The notes under the pieces were generated by a model, which was not told the origin of the DNA, did no database searches, and worked only from the letters and a program-made list of their open reading frames with translations. From Minisyncoccota bacterium (GTDB taxonomy: Bacteria > Patescibacteriota > Minisyncoccia > Phycocordibacterales > JACOZG01), in NCBI GenBank assembly GCA_036517595.1, contig DATDVJ010000037.1:1-41826 (forward strand): a stretch of DNA of 41,826 bases. The letters are read 5' to 3'. The stretch's first letter is position 1, and every line of letters starts with the position of its first letter. Below, one piece after another: positions 41,758 to 41,826 of this stretch. Both the position numbers and the translations under genes were made by a program.

Positions 41758-41826
41758 GTTCGTATGAATCTTTCCATTAAACCCTACCACTCCATACTAA
41801 CAAAAGTTCAGTTTCTCATCAAACAA

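Noticed and set aside
41797-41826. A possible minus-strand gene end at the right edge (..LFDEKLNFC*).
   Set aside because: Only 9 codons are visible, too little to call. It is noted only because the 41740-41757 hairpin has its T tail on that strand.

Overview
This is a 41.8-kb bacterial chromosomal segment using the standard genetic code; TGA terminates conserved genes at their normal lengths. Several traits point to a small-genome Patescibacteria/CPR-like organism. That placement is an inference and has not been searched. The traits are short overlapping housekeeping operons, almost no Shine-Dalgarno sequences, a pseudopilin, very large secreted proteins with PG-binding, PKD, dockerin and LTD domains, a PaaX/Cas2-fold protein family, and many toxin-antitoxin (TA) pairs. 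Core genes: adk-map-ndk, a beta-CASP MBL RNase, infC-rpmI-rplT, a glycerate kinase-ppsA-2-hydroxyacid dehydrogenase-eno operon, tmRNA (ssrA) with smpB, ftsH, tRNA-Ile(UAU), tatD, rpsF-ssb-rpsR, efp, recA, ftsK and rplJ-rplL. Accessory content: HepT/MntA, three HicB-type TA cassettes (one now paired with a MazF-like toxin), an internally deleted IS with intact inverted repeats, and an IS200/Y1 (RAYT-like) transposase. The most unusual signal is a family of perfect palindromes built on the octamer TTGGAAGC and its complement. One class brackets and interrupts the RAYT-like gene. The other class sits in frame inside ftsK and three times inside a neighbouring HTH gene, always encoding LPIGS. Other items worth a second look: a G8-tract frameshift in a glycine-rich secreted protein that has a paralogue at the window start; a promoter-to-terminator structured RNA candidate closed by a 16-bp helix; a rare tRNA-Ile(UAU) overlapping the ftsH stop codon; repeated intergenic modules around the TA cassettes; and -10 boxes placed 6-7 nt before start codons, which suggests leaderless mRNAs.
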